Below, piece after piece: positions 47,580 to 61,000 of a stretch of 64,000 nt of DNA. The translations under genes were made by a program, and so were the position numbers. This DNA is from Lytechinus pictus. Its lineage: Eukaryota. The notes beneath the pieces were generated by a model. The model searched no databases. It was not told the origin of the DNA and saw only the letters and a program-made list of their open reading frames with translations. Position 1 is the stretch's first letter, and each line of letters opens with the position of its first letter. The stretch spans positions 43,154,001 through 43,218,000 of the forward strand of contig NC_087251.1 in NCBI RefSeq assembly GCF_037042905.1, read 5' to 3'.

Positions 47580-50500
47580 CTGGATGAGAAGAAACAAAAT
47601 AAGAAATTGCTGCTGATTATCCCTCCTAACATTTGGTGGCAGCAGTGGGATACTTGATTGAAATCTATCAAATATTTGCTTAAAAGACATTTCATGAAAT
47701 CTGCACATGTGATTTTTTAAACCCCTTTTCTCCAGTCTAGATATGATTCAAGAACCATCACTCCCATTGTTAAACACCAATTGTAAAAAAAAATTCTAGG
47801 GGGTATGAGAAAGATTGGATTACATCAGTGATCAATATCTTTATTAAGTGTGATAAAAATGTCAATAATGAAAAGTAATACATTAACTTCCATGTACTAT
47901 CTATCTACTACATCTTTGCAATCATTAGAAGAGAATTAATTGCTGACACAAATTCTGAATTACATTCGGTTCGTAAGTTTATACATACGCTTTGTAAGCA
48001 AAACAAATTCTTAATAGCTATCAAACAAATGAAATTCTGGAATTGAAAAGGATGCCATACCTCCACACACACATGCAAGGTTAGACACAACTATTTAACA
48101 GAATGAAATCACTTCAGACAACATTTGATTTAACAAATAAGTGTTCTGGAACACTAATCCATACCACACACATACCAAACTCAAATAATCGCTTTTCAAG
48201 AACAATTACCGCTACAACAGTAAAACTGAATGCAATATTGTTTCATGGGAAATCACATTTCCACATACTGAGAAGTCATTACACCGTCTCTTTGAAAATG
48301 AGGTGACACAATTACAGCAAGTTTAAATTCCTGCCAAAATATGATTCTATCTATCAAGCAGTCAACATTCTAAGTTGTGTCAATCAACATGAAGTAATAG
48401 CATTTCTAATGAATGTAACATTCAAAGTTAAAGTAAAAAATGTTTATAATTATACTGACTATAGGTCAAGTTTAGTTGTACAAATTATCAATAATGAAAT
48501 ATCTATAGAAAAAAAAAATTGGATACAAACATAAACAACAATGATATAGGCACTGATAATCCTATCTGGTAGAAGTAAAAAAATTATTTTGTGAGATCAA
48601 ACCTACATGGCGTTGATTGAAGATCCAAGTGATGGCAAAGACTCCTGGATGAATCGAACCATCATCACCTAAAGGGTTACCACCATCAACACTTTCACAA
48701 CATGAATCCTCCAAAGTTAATTAATTAAATCCTTTCAATAATAAGTCCAACTTTTCATATCCTGAAACTTTCCAGAGAGTGAAAACAAGCTTCAAGCCAA
48801 TATCGCGAGTCTGAGGAGGACTCCAAAACTTGTTCTGTTTCGTCTCGCAATCAGGACTGAACTGAATAAACCAACACTCTGCTTCGCTTAATGAAAATAA
48901 AACACCAGCACAATGAGAGAGTTCAGACAATAGACTGGAAAAAAAAGAGGGACTACGTCTCTTTTTGTGGGTGTTCATAACCCATGCTCATTCAAGCCGA
49001 ACGCGCCAGCCTCCATACAACATGACGGGCTACTGTTCCCCAATTGGGGAATCAAAGAGCAGAGAGGGCCCTTCTGGGACTGAGCGGTAGCCATGCGTGC
49101 CCCTGCTTTCTGCCCAGCCCTTTGCTGAATAATGTTAAAAGCCTCAACCACCCAAGAACAATATTGTGAGTAATTGACGAGGTTAACCGCATCAAAAGCT
49201 ACAGGGAGAAACTTCTTTCAAGACGTTGAATGGAAGAAGCCAGGACATGCTGTAAGCTGTAGTGACTTTGTAACTGTTAAATCCTACAAGCACTGACCCC
49301 TTCTCTATCCCCTCAAAGCCCCCTCCAAAGACCTTTTGTGAGAGTTTTAAGGATATACAGGGGGATTAAGAGAATTTCTTTGACTATGATTGGATAGGCC
49401 CTCTTTTCACCTTGCTAATAAGTTTCTAACCTGGTGTCACACTTGACGTATAACCGATAATTCCCAGGATAATGATGTCACAGTTTGGTGTTGGCTATTG
49501 TGTAATTGCTCAAGAAGAAAGTCAGAAACCTGAGGGAACTATACCTTGTTGTGACGGCTGTGATGGCCTCATCTCTTCTTCACCTATTGACCACACACAC
49601 TGTCCATCTAACATCATTTCACAAGTCTTATCCTCTCTACATGTCAACTCTCACAAAAGAAGACTGAAATCGGACAAAACTGTCAACTACAATCCGGTAC
49701 TCGGAATGTTTCTTTCTAACAAAAAACCTGCCATTTTAGAGATTTCATTTGATTTGTTGTTGAAAAGAGGGACAAGATTAGATTTCACCCTCCTCGTCTA
49801 TGTACGGAATGTGAGCTTTTTGCCAAGAAAATGAATGTGGGTGTATAAAATCGAATATATAAAAGTTCTGTTTTGATAAATAAGTAGTAAACAGATAGTC
49901 GAACAATAATTGGTCTCTTATTATAGCTGCATGTTATTGTTAGTACTGCCTAGCCAATAAGCCTCACAAATGAAACAAGCAGATATTTGTTTTCTACTTC
50001 ATCCCCCTCCTTCCTTTGGTGCTCATCCCTCCTTTTCTATAAAGCTTTTTGACAGTATATTGTTGGTAGGAAATGGCTTCTCATGATTCTATTGCTTGAA
50101 ACAGTCTGATGGCTACTTTATCCATCTTGGTGCTTGACTCAGGAGTCATCATACAAGCCAGTTAATTATGGAGCATAATAACCATCAGTAAGGGTCCCAA
50201 AATCAGAGGCCAGTGGCCCTAAATTCGAATAACCAACAAACTTCAAGTTCATGGTGGCAACTACCCCCATGAATACTATTTCTTCTCTGCAACAGAATTG
50301 ATCAATCCCCAAAACTTTCTCTAACAAATCATTAAAAATATAGGATATTTGATATCTAAACCAAAAGATGGATTGTGAGACCAGCGGAGGAGAAAGAGAA
50401 TGGACATTATGCCTGCTTTCCCACATTTGCATGAAGATATCTTCTACTTCTTTTGATCTAGCTGTGAACCGTGACAAATCAATGGCCCTCAGTCAAGCAG

Positions 50501-50880
50501 CAAGCAGGTTTGACAAAGGACACTAACTCTGAGCTCACGTGGCCTGTAAGGTGCCTTCATTATTAGGAAGGTGTTCTCAAAGAAGAAAGAACTGACGAAA
50601 GAGAAAAAGATCAATAAGAGGACTCATGTCCTGGTAAGGTTAGAAACCTCTAGTCGGAAGGTGTTGGACAAAATCCTATATCCTTCAAATTAGTGACCAA
50701 TCACTTGTCAATGAGGGTGGCAAGCCAATGTACTCCTCATTCTATCCAAGATGTGGAACCTTGTCCAATTTCAAAGGAAAATCCTTTTTTACAAATCTTA
50801 TTTGATAAACCATTTCTTCATAATAATATAATCATATCAGATTTTGGATGATGGGCTGAGGTTCTCTTCATGTATGATCC

Positions 50881-51033
50881 GGGTCACGTTTCATAAAGAC
50901 CTGATGTAAAAACTAATGCACTATTTTTTCTATAACAAATTTTCTCTCAGCCAATCAGATTGAAGGATTTCAGTAGCTTTTAACAGTTATTGCAAATTTA
51001 CCTTTTTAACAAGTTTTATATGTAACAGGACCC
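50881..51033 (+). mobile_element. AGCCAATC-core MITE (copy 7)
   Basis: gggtcacgtttcataaag...ctcagccaatcagattgaaggatttcagtagcttttaac...gtaacaggaccc. Confidence 0.7.
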
Positions 51034-54000
51034 TGCATGACTTCTGTATGAAACTGGCTTGCAAAAAAGATGCCCATCTCTATCAAACAATAACAAAAAC
51101 AAACACAAACTTTTTTTTCAAGTGCTCTGTCAGTGTAGGGAGTTATCAAAGTGATAACTCCTTGGTCAGAGGTGGTCAAATTATATCAATAGACCCAGAC
51201 AAATGATTTACATTGAATTTGATTTGAACTCAATTGATTTGATGATAAGAGTTGAAGTGTTCTAACCAGACAGACACAATTGCTCCATGCTCTACATAAC
51301 CAAATATACATGTACATGTAAGCCTATATCTTTCCTAGTGGTAAGAAGACACATACTTCTGCTTTAAAAAAGAGGGGATGTAATGATTCTCATTCCCACT
51401 TCATCACAATATCCACTATATTTGATTCCTCCTCTTGACAACATAATTTAGAATACATTACAATATAATGTATTGTGCAATTAATAACTATTGATTAGAA
51501 TTGGGGGTAGGTCCACATGCCACAGCTCTAAGAAAATTATAGAACTGAAATTTGAAATCTGTATCCCAGATAATTGCTTTTATGAGAATCATGAAATGGT
51601 TCTAGATTATTGATTTATCCTTAATCTAAAGCACTTAATTCAAGGGGCAATTACAGGGCACAATCGGTAAAAGAACGGTGGATAAAGAACGGCATCAAAA
51701 TCTATAGATCACAGAATGCCAGGAGACTGACGGACTGAAAGGACTATTTCTTACTATTCATGCAACAGCAAAAAAAAAAAAAACACTTCCATCTTGACTA
51801 CTGCAATGGGTACTTATATCTTCTCTACGTATGCGCCTTAATTTAAAACAATTGCTTGTTTATTAGGCCTTGATCCCGCCTGCCAGCAGACAATCCTCTG
51901 TATCACTTGAACAGCATACCGTGATGAACAACACTTTTATATTAATTTCATATTAGTAATGTTTGTGTCTAATATCCATTAGAAAATACCTCCATCACAT
52001 ACAATGATGGTAACAAGTTCTAAAAAGAATGTATATTCTTCTGAAAGTTTTCGATTTGATTTGAAAGAAACCACTCCAATTTGAGGCGAAAAGGGTATAA
52101 TTGAGGAAAGAATGCGACGAAATCAATCAGACGCTTGATACGACCCATTGAGTACAATATCGGAGACGGTAAATCTCTAATCCATTGTTGGTATATATCT
52201 GTGGCCTGTTACTGCAGCCGCCTGTAGATGATGAGTGTGCCGTGCATTAATGATTCATAACATTGGCAATAAAAAGATAACCACACTTACCGCCTTCGGG
52301 GGATACAAATGGACATGGTGGATGGGGGGATTTTGTTATGATAACAAGGTCAATGACTGGTGGGAAGACACATTATAACAAAAACTAAGTGAAATATAGA
52401 AATTATATTGCTATTTTTAATGTCTGTCATGATAATTTAGACTTGCTTTCTTAAATGTTGCTGAATTGAAATGGTTTCAATAGGTATGAGCCATCAAAAG
52501 TCACTGTTGATTGATAGCAGATAATTTGATAGAGAAGAACCAAGGTAGGAGATCTAGAGATATAGAGGAAGAGTCGATTGCAAGCAAGAGAGACAAAGAG
52601 AGAGGGGGAGGGAGACACTAATAGAAAATGCAATAAAATCAAAATATAATATTTCCCTCAAACAGAGAATAAAGGGAATAAATTCAAAGAGAATGTGGTA
52701 GCCTGCAGTTTGCTCTCTGATTTATACGCAATCAACATGTCTCCAGTCTTCTAAGCTCAGCGATATTAAACTGATCAGTGTCAATAAAAAGTGGGAGGTG
52801 CTCTTTATCCATAACATGAAACATACACAGTTGCGAGCGAAGACATAGTTTTCAGTAAATAACAATTCATAAAATCATGTCTGGCTCAAACAAATGGAAT
52901 CGGCTTGTTCACGAGCAGAGATAGAACAGAAAGTAACAAGATTCAGAGGAATCAACTTTGTAACACACACGTATGTACCGAAGGAAGAAAAGTTGAAAAT
53001 AAATATCTCATCCAATCTAGAGAAATATGAAAAAGGCAGGGTTAGAAAAAAGCTACTTATTCATATTAAAGAATAAGAAAATGAAAGAGTAAAAGAGAAA
53101 GAGAGAGAGAGAGGGGAGGAGAGGCAAATTATTTTGACATTTTCTACCACAATACGATTATAGATAGACATGAAAGCTCGGCAAATGAAATCACATTTCT
53201 CTCAGGAATAGGTGTAGGATAAAGCCCTTGGGTAACACATTTGGGACGAAAAAAGCCTCCCAATTATTCTCTCGTATCCATGGCAACCACTCTATCTGGT
53301 AGCTACAACCCATCTCAAGTGGGATAGGCTAATGATAAGAATCCTAGTGGTCTGGCTCTTTGCCCCTCGGCCCATGATAATAGCAAATGAAAGAAATAAA
53401 CATAGAAAAGGAATTAAAGAGAAACCGGCACTAATTTTGACTCATAATTCCTCCACAAATCAATTTTCTTTCTGTAATGGAATTAATTACATAAATGCAG
53501 AGAATGAGTCACTGTGCAAAAATGAGTATAAATGTGCATTTAATTTGTGATTTGTCCAAGGAAATGGCTCTTGATGAAATGTTGGATTAACCGTTGAGGA
53601 CAGCTGTAATCCTTAGATTTGTGGATTGCATTCCTTTACTGAACATTCATATTCGTTTTATCTTTTTTTTAAGATTCTGTATCTTTTAAAGTCACTGCTC
53701 CCTGAGATAAATCAATCATCATTTCACCAATAAAGGTATTTGAAATCCTAGAATACTAGTTAACAATATGAATGAATAATAATTAATATGTTTTTATTTC
53801 AATTAAATGCAAAGATAAGATGATAACGCACAATGGAACCATTGCCACGACCTAAATCATTTTGGCAATGGATGGCTTATGGATTTGAAAAACATTCTCT
53901 CAAAATTTTAATCCTGATCTATATCATCGGTGTGGGTGCCCTGTAGGCCTACATTAAGTTTATTTTTAATGAAATAATCTCTCATTACTACTGCTGAGCT

Positions 54001-54359
54001 TTAGTAGCTAAATGATGAAAATATCAATTTATCTTTAGGCAAGGATGATTGAGCCATTTAGAATGAATAACATCAATCCTCAGTTTGTTTATTTCTATTT
54101 CCTACTGTTTTAATTATTTTGAATGAGTTAATAATGAAATGAAAGATTTGAAAGACAAGCGGGCAAGTTCCTAATTATTGAAACCCGAAATGAGATTGAT
54201 AAGCTAAAAACATAAAATCAAACCATTTCCTGGTGATATCAAAAGAGAAAACACTTTTTTTAAAGGGATAGTTAATTTTGGATCAAAATGCCTTCCTGTT
54301 AGTTACCAACTATCAATGCTAGCGCTCAGAGCATCCATGCATTATGTTCCATCATCATT

Positions 54360-54412
54360 CAAAACCTGGGTGGAGAGTGGCAAGTGTTGCTTGATGTCTT
54401 GCCAAAGGGCAC
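54360..54412 (-). mobile_element. Possible tRNA-derived SINE central-domain fragment
   Basis: acctgggtggagagtggcaa...tcttgccaaagggcac is the reverse of the widespread SINE core GTGCCCTT.GGCAAG...CTCTCCACCCAGGT. Short and degenerate. Confidence 0.4.
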
Positions 54413-54672
54413 TGTTATAACAGAGGGGAGTTAATCGACAACTATGCGACTCACATCACTATATTTGGATTAACACAACAATCCTTTCCTTCCCCCCTCT
54501 CCCCCGCCCCTCTAACCGGAGCCAGTAGCCGGCAAAGATCAAACGAGGGGGATAAAGCCATTGAGTTGTCAAAAGGATCAAAACTATGGGTATAATCTGA
54601 TCCCTTTTGAAGGTTGTATCTCTTCCTTTATGGAAGCATCTTCTGAAAACAAACACTTGACTACACATCTAA

Positions 54673-55075
54673 TGTGCTTTTCACACTACAGAGATTTTCC
54701 TTTACCCCGGGAAGTAGATGGGGCTAAGGGGGGGGGGGGTGCCGTAGCCCCACACTACGTTATGCCAAAGTAGGCTAGCACAGTAAATAGTACGGTACTG
54801 TCTGTTAACCGGCTTATTGCGGTGCTTAAAACTGCAGTGCGAAACCAAACCGGGCTAAGGAAAAGTGGGGCTAAGTATTAGCCAATCACAGAAGTCGAAA
54901 TTGCATGCTAATCACGCTCTGTGTGCCACAATCATCAATATTCATGTCCGGGGTGAAGGCGTTAACCCCGGCTAAGCAAATAGTATGGGGTTAAGAAAGA
55001 CAGTGTGAAACCCCAAAAAGATAGTATGGGGTTAATGATAGTATGGGGTTAAGGAAATGCAGTGTGAAAAGCATA
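54673..55075. mobile_element. ~400-bp non-autonomous DNA transposon
   Basis: TIR TGTGCTTTTCACACT / AGTGTGAAAAGCATA. Internal repeats AGTATGGGGTTAA x3 and GGGCTAAG. Confidence 0.7.
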
Positions 55076-58000
55076 CAAGATGATACCTAAGAGATCTGAA
55101 TAGGATTAAAGGGAAACATCAAAGGTGATGTTTACAATGGGGACACTTCAAATTGGGATGACACTTATATGAGGTACGTAGGTGGAGGAGACAAGGAGGA
55201 AATTAATAGAAATCATCCAAGACATCTTCAGTATATTCTCAGCCCTAATCTCCCTGTAGCACGAAGAAATGTGGAACAATGAGCATTATTTGTGTATCCT
55301 ATTGTTTATTTATATTTTATTTGTTAGCTCATTTTGTAGGACTTTTCATTACCCCATACCCACCCCCTGACAAGTTGAGACATGAAATATTACTGCCTCC
55401 TGATTTTAATGCTACAGTCCTACTTGTTTTTCACGAGCCAGATGACTGGCACAATAAAAATCTTTGAAAAATTGTTCATGGCATGATAGTTAACTCAAAA
55501 TTTTGTCTACATCTTTTCCAACAAAAGAAAACATTAAGTCAAATAGATGCCTTGAAAATGTTTCAAAAATATATTGTTTTTCAGATTTACTGTCCTGACT
55601 TATTCATCAATCATGAAGTATTTCATCTTGAAGATAATCAACAAATGTCACTAGAAAATACTTTGATAAAAGAAGAGGTTAATATTGCAAAGGGTTATCA
55701 TTATTGGATATCTGAAGCAGTACATATCACCTCGTATAATTCATTTAAACTAATGATATAACGCAGAGTAACTCCTCGCCTCCAGTACTCCTCTTTATAT
55801 TTCATAACTGCGGGATGAGATTATAGCGATATTGATAAATTACTGAAGTTCACTGGCTTGTCGCTCGTGGCGAGGAATCAGAGATCCTATTATAGCACAC
55901 CTCGCAAACCTCTCAACAAAACCTCAACATGGATCGATGGCATGAAAATGAATTGTTCTTTTCTCTTGCCAAGTGCTGCACAACAAGTTTGAGGAATTCC
56001 AACAGGTTGGCAAGAGAACATAGATTTATTTGCATTCATGTCATTTCTCTTCCATCAAGGTGTAACATCATTTGTCGCGACATGAGAGACAAAGGAAGAA
56101 AAATGCTAGAGGACCAGAGGTTAAGTAAGCCCCCAAAACATGATTTGGCTTGCATGCCGCACAGGTATACTTGATAAAGGAAAAAACACGATGACGACGA
56201 TGGATAGGTCTCAGGTAGCAAGATACGAAAGATGCTCTTTCTAATGTTCTTTATCCTCCGTTTTCCAGCGGCAGCGCATGCTACATTGACTCCATAATTT
56301 AATTGTCTTGATTTCACTTGACTGAGGAAGTTTTCACCAGGTATTAGAAGGCTGTTTAGCCTGCAGGTTGGAACACCTTGCCGCTTCATCCCATATACCT
56401 GGACAGGTTTTTTGTTGCATCCTGCTACCTCCAGGAAATTCCCATAAAGATAAGTAAAAGAGGTAATTGAGGCTAAAAATACCAGGCAGAGAGCCAAAGC
56501 ACATCCTCTGAGAGTTAAGGATTGATGGTTTGATTGGATTTTACACCCTAATAAAGTTAAGTAATTTCAAAAGGATATATGAATGAAATTTCATTTATAG
56601 CAATCTACATACATAGGAATTTCATCCAAGTGACTTTCTGAACAATGCTTTTAACCAACTTTTAATTGGAATAACTTATCCCTTTTCCAGCATTGACAAA
56701 ATGATATGACAAGTCTCCCTTTGGCAAAATAATAAAACTTTTTTTTTTTTTTTTTATTCAGAAAATATTCACTCTTTCTCAGTGATTTAAAATAAACAAA
56801 TTAAGTAAAATCAGGTCCTGGTAATCACATGCACTAGCCACTAGAATGTAGAATGTAAAGTTTTTTTCAAGGAAAAGCTCAATATGAAGCAAATATTAAT
56901 TTTATCAAACAACATAGTCCTTAAGTTAATTCTGTTCGAATGTGCCAGTCCCTTTAATTGAAAAGACACAGGTTCAAAATTACATCCATCTGATCTCGGT
57001 GAGCATTTTCTATTTCTAAGCAACTTGAATCCAGCATTTCATTTTGATTGATTCATTCATTTAAAAAAAAGTAAAGAAACCTTAAAATCAAAGAAATAAA
57101 AAAAGTGGAAAAGCTAACAAAAATGAATGAAATGAACTTTTCAAGAAATACACAAAAAAAATGATGAGTCATCTTGTAGGGCCTTGAATTACCTTAATTA
57201 CAAACCTGAACATTTCTATTTACTTTCAACAATTTTCTGCAATATGAAATTCCCTTCATTCTAAGAAATTTGTAGACATCACTATTATTTGGTTAGGTCC
57301 ATCACAGCATGCCATTGAAGTAATTTAGGTCATTGAGTACATTCAATTGTAACCAATTCTACTCTCTTGCGGTGTCTCCCTTATAGGCACTTATTACTGA
57401 CGTCTTGCGATCAAACACAATGCCCTATTCCCTATTGCTTGACTTTCCATTGATATAATATCATTTTCCCCTCCCATCAAAGCACTCAATATTCCCACCC
57501 TGACGATGGGAATGAATGAAACGTACACATCTGTGCTACTATTTGGTTTGTTTCTTCTATCAGCGTGTGAGTGTCTGTGCATAAAGGCAAGAGAGAGAGA
57601 GAGAGGAAGAAATGGAGAGAAAGAGAGGGGATAAAGAAGAGAAATAGAGATAGAGTGTGGAGTCATTGATCTCCCCCAGAGCTGGCGTCGGGTCCAGACG
57701 AAACGCCGCACGATGTGAAAAGCCACGCGTCCCGCGACCATGAATTCCCTTCCACCTCGCCTGCGACCTACAAAAGACACTGCTGCAAATTTTTTATGAG
57801 GGAACAATGTGCTTGTTCCGGGCAAGGAAGGAGCGATTGTTTGCGTGCCGGGGAGTCGCGGAGATAGAGCTGCGTCTGGAGACTGTTTCCCCTTCTAAAT
57901 GGGGGAAAGTCTCCGATGCTCAGACGGTGTCAGTGTAACAGATAGGTCTATGAAATCGATGACGATGATGATGTCATGTGTTTGTATCTGTCATCTCCGG

Positions 58001-61000
58001 GGAGATGAAAAACCTTGCATTTTGTGAAAAATATCGAGCAATGAAATATTACTATTTGGTCTCTTTTTCTCCGATGGTTTCCTATCCCTGATGAGTCATC
58101 CCAGAGTTTTTGTTAAACTACCTTGACTGAAGACGTAGAAACATTATCACAAGATAATGCATTGCTCATCAATTAGTCCAAAATATCTACCAGACCATGC
58201 CAATACGAGGTTCCAAGGGTACTAAAAACCCATTTCCATTAGTAATCAAAACACATATTTCTACATTTCACTTCGAATCGGTTCTCCCTCGATGCTTGAT
58301 TCAAATCTCAATATGACAATAGTCTAGATGAGTCACAAACAAATTCATAAAAATATATAATGTGTATACCTCAAGGTACAATCACAGATCAAGTTACCCG
58401 TTAGTTTTTTTCTTATGTAAGGTTGCAGAAAAATGCAATCTTGAAACTATATTCAGGTCTATTTAATACCATGATCAATATTCGGTACTGGAAAATAAAT
58501 GCATAGTATACAATGGGTTGATATCTTCCAAAGATAACTTCTCTTCATTTAACATTTCTTTTGTAATCTCTAATTTTGTAGGAATTATTCATTTAAGAGA
58601 CCCATAGGAAGAACATATTGACATTGGTATAGTGAATTTTAAGTGAGTCATCCAAGTTCTTAATTCTTTAATCTTCTTCTTCCTGCATTATATTCTTTTG
58701 ATAAATTCAAATATTGTCATATAATTCTTTGATATTATCTATTGTTTATATTGTATTGTATAGTATTATGTTGTTTTACCTTAATTACGTTATTCTAATT
58801 CTGAATGGGATCTTCCAACACATATCTACAATAGTACCTGAAAATTTTGGACCTACACTTTCTCCTCAATCTCCTATCAACATCATCTTGTAATGTCTTC
58901 GTAAGATCACAAGTGTCCCATCTAACTTGTGAAAAGAAAGTTTGAAATTTCTTTCTTAAAAAAGAGGCTGATCATAAAAAAAGAGTATTCATGATGAACT
59001 ATCATCCTGCAAATAAGCTCTGTAAAAACCACAAAATTTATTCATTTTAGCTGAAAAGCATTCAATCTCAATTTCCTATCTTGCTCCTAGTGCCTCAAGT
59101 TATGAGGAAGTTTCAACTCAATCATCCCGACAGTTATTTTGTCTACTTAATATTTTTGTGTGTGTGTGGCATTTAGGTTAAACACCGATTACGAGTCGAT
59201 CTCAACAACTGAGCATCTACATTGTAGGTCAGTAAAATGATTTACATAAAATTTGCAGTGTTTTTAAATTAAAATAGTAAAGCAAAGGGATAAAATGATT
59301 TACATCAGATTGGTTGTACTTTGAAAGCAGCTTATAAAGGGGTGAAACAGTTTTCTCATTTCCAGGATTTCTATATCTTTTAGATATAAAAAAAAGAACA
59401 GGAATGGCTCATTTATACGAGAACACAGCCATCCCAAATCTAGGAGTGTAACACAAATATATAGAATCAATATATACCAATGATCAAAGCTTTTTGTACA
59501 CAGTTTGCCATAGAATTACAGATATTATCAATCATAATACTGATTGCTTCTTTTATTGCACAGGGCCCTGTACACATGAATGTTCACTGTTGTTTGTTTG
59601 AAGTGGTATGGATGATAACATAACATCTCGAGTACATGCTCATTCATTGTATTGACGACTTAAGAGGAGTGTTTGTCAGGGATATAATAGGGGTATTGAT
59701 CACTATTTTGCTATTCGATCTCTGTTCAAGCCAAGTCTCATGTGTTGACAGGTTCTAATTAAGATATTTTTATTTCTCATTTCTTCAACTGCTGATATTT
59801 TAATAAACATAAAATGCACACCACCACTGCATTAAGTTAACCCACCGACTCCTGAATTGTCTAACTTCGCCAGACTTATAATAGAACAGGCCATACAGAC
59901 CACCCAACGATGAGTTTAACATAAAGTGGAATATACCCCGGAAGAGACAATAACATGGAAGAATCGTCGAGGAACAAAGTGTGGCAAAGCCCAATAGTGT
60001 TCATAAGCCCTTATAAGATGGAGATAAATAGTTCAATAAGATGTCGATAATATCACATTTGAAGGACTTTTCCTTGTCTGGTCAAGAAGATTATGTGCAT
60101 CTCTTTGGATTGGAGTAGAATATAGACTCTACTATGACAGAAGAGGTGGAAGTGCCTTGACATGGTTAAGCGACAGAAACATGAGTGTATTGTTAAGCCT
60201 CGTACAAAATCAATAGGATAGTTCTGGTGGTCTTGGTGGGAGAGAAATCATGTTTTAATCAGATATCATCACCTGCAATCTTTCTTTTAAAATCTAGGCC
60301 AGGGCTGTCTTTTGGTGTAATGATACCTCATGACAAACAAACATTGTGGATGTTTGTTTGTGAAAGAGGTGCGAAGAAGGGTCTATGAGATACCCTCTTG
60401 TCCTTGGGATGTCTGCCCTCACCGGGTCTTAGTGTCCCCCCCCCCCTATCCCTATTGTCCTGGAATGACCTTGCAACAGATTAGCCTCACTTCATAAACC
60501 AAGACCTGAAAAATCTCAGAGGTGAAAGGAAATGCTGTCAATCCGTGCAAACAACCACAGCAAGGTGTTTAGGCATGAGGTGGTTGGGAGTGGATGGGTT
60601 AAGGAGGCAGAAGATCTTCTGTTCTAGAGTGAAAAAGTAGGGGCCTGGGGCTTAGGAGAGTAACATGGAGTTACTGCTTGCCTCAGGACTCACTGATATG
60701 AAGCTATCAACACATAGCTCCATGCTCACACTGACCAATTGAAAAACTGAATCCTATCATTCTCATATTTTTAGTACCTCATACAGAGGCTGACGGACTG
60801 GAATACTCCTCAGGGAGTGGAGGATGTACATACTCTATCTAATCATGCTACAGTTTCAAAAAAATAAATGATAATGTACAGGCCTAGTTGCTTCAGGTTA
60901 ACCTAATTGGATGGAGTGCCCTAGGTCTCCTTTATGCCATCTCTCCACACTGTGTACAAGTGCATTAGTTCTACAGGTTTAACTCTCATTTTCCCGGTCC

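Noticed and set aside
58080..58145. CTGATGAG...GAAAC hammerhead-like words
   Set aside because: No consistent three-stem fold by eye; the core spacing is wrong.
60780..60835. Possible SINE 3' fragment (GAATACTCCTCAGGGAGTGGAG)
   Set aside because: Too short to call without a repeat-library search.
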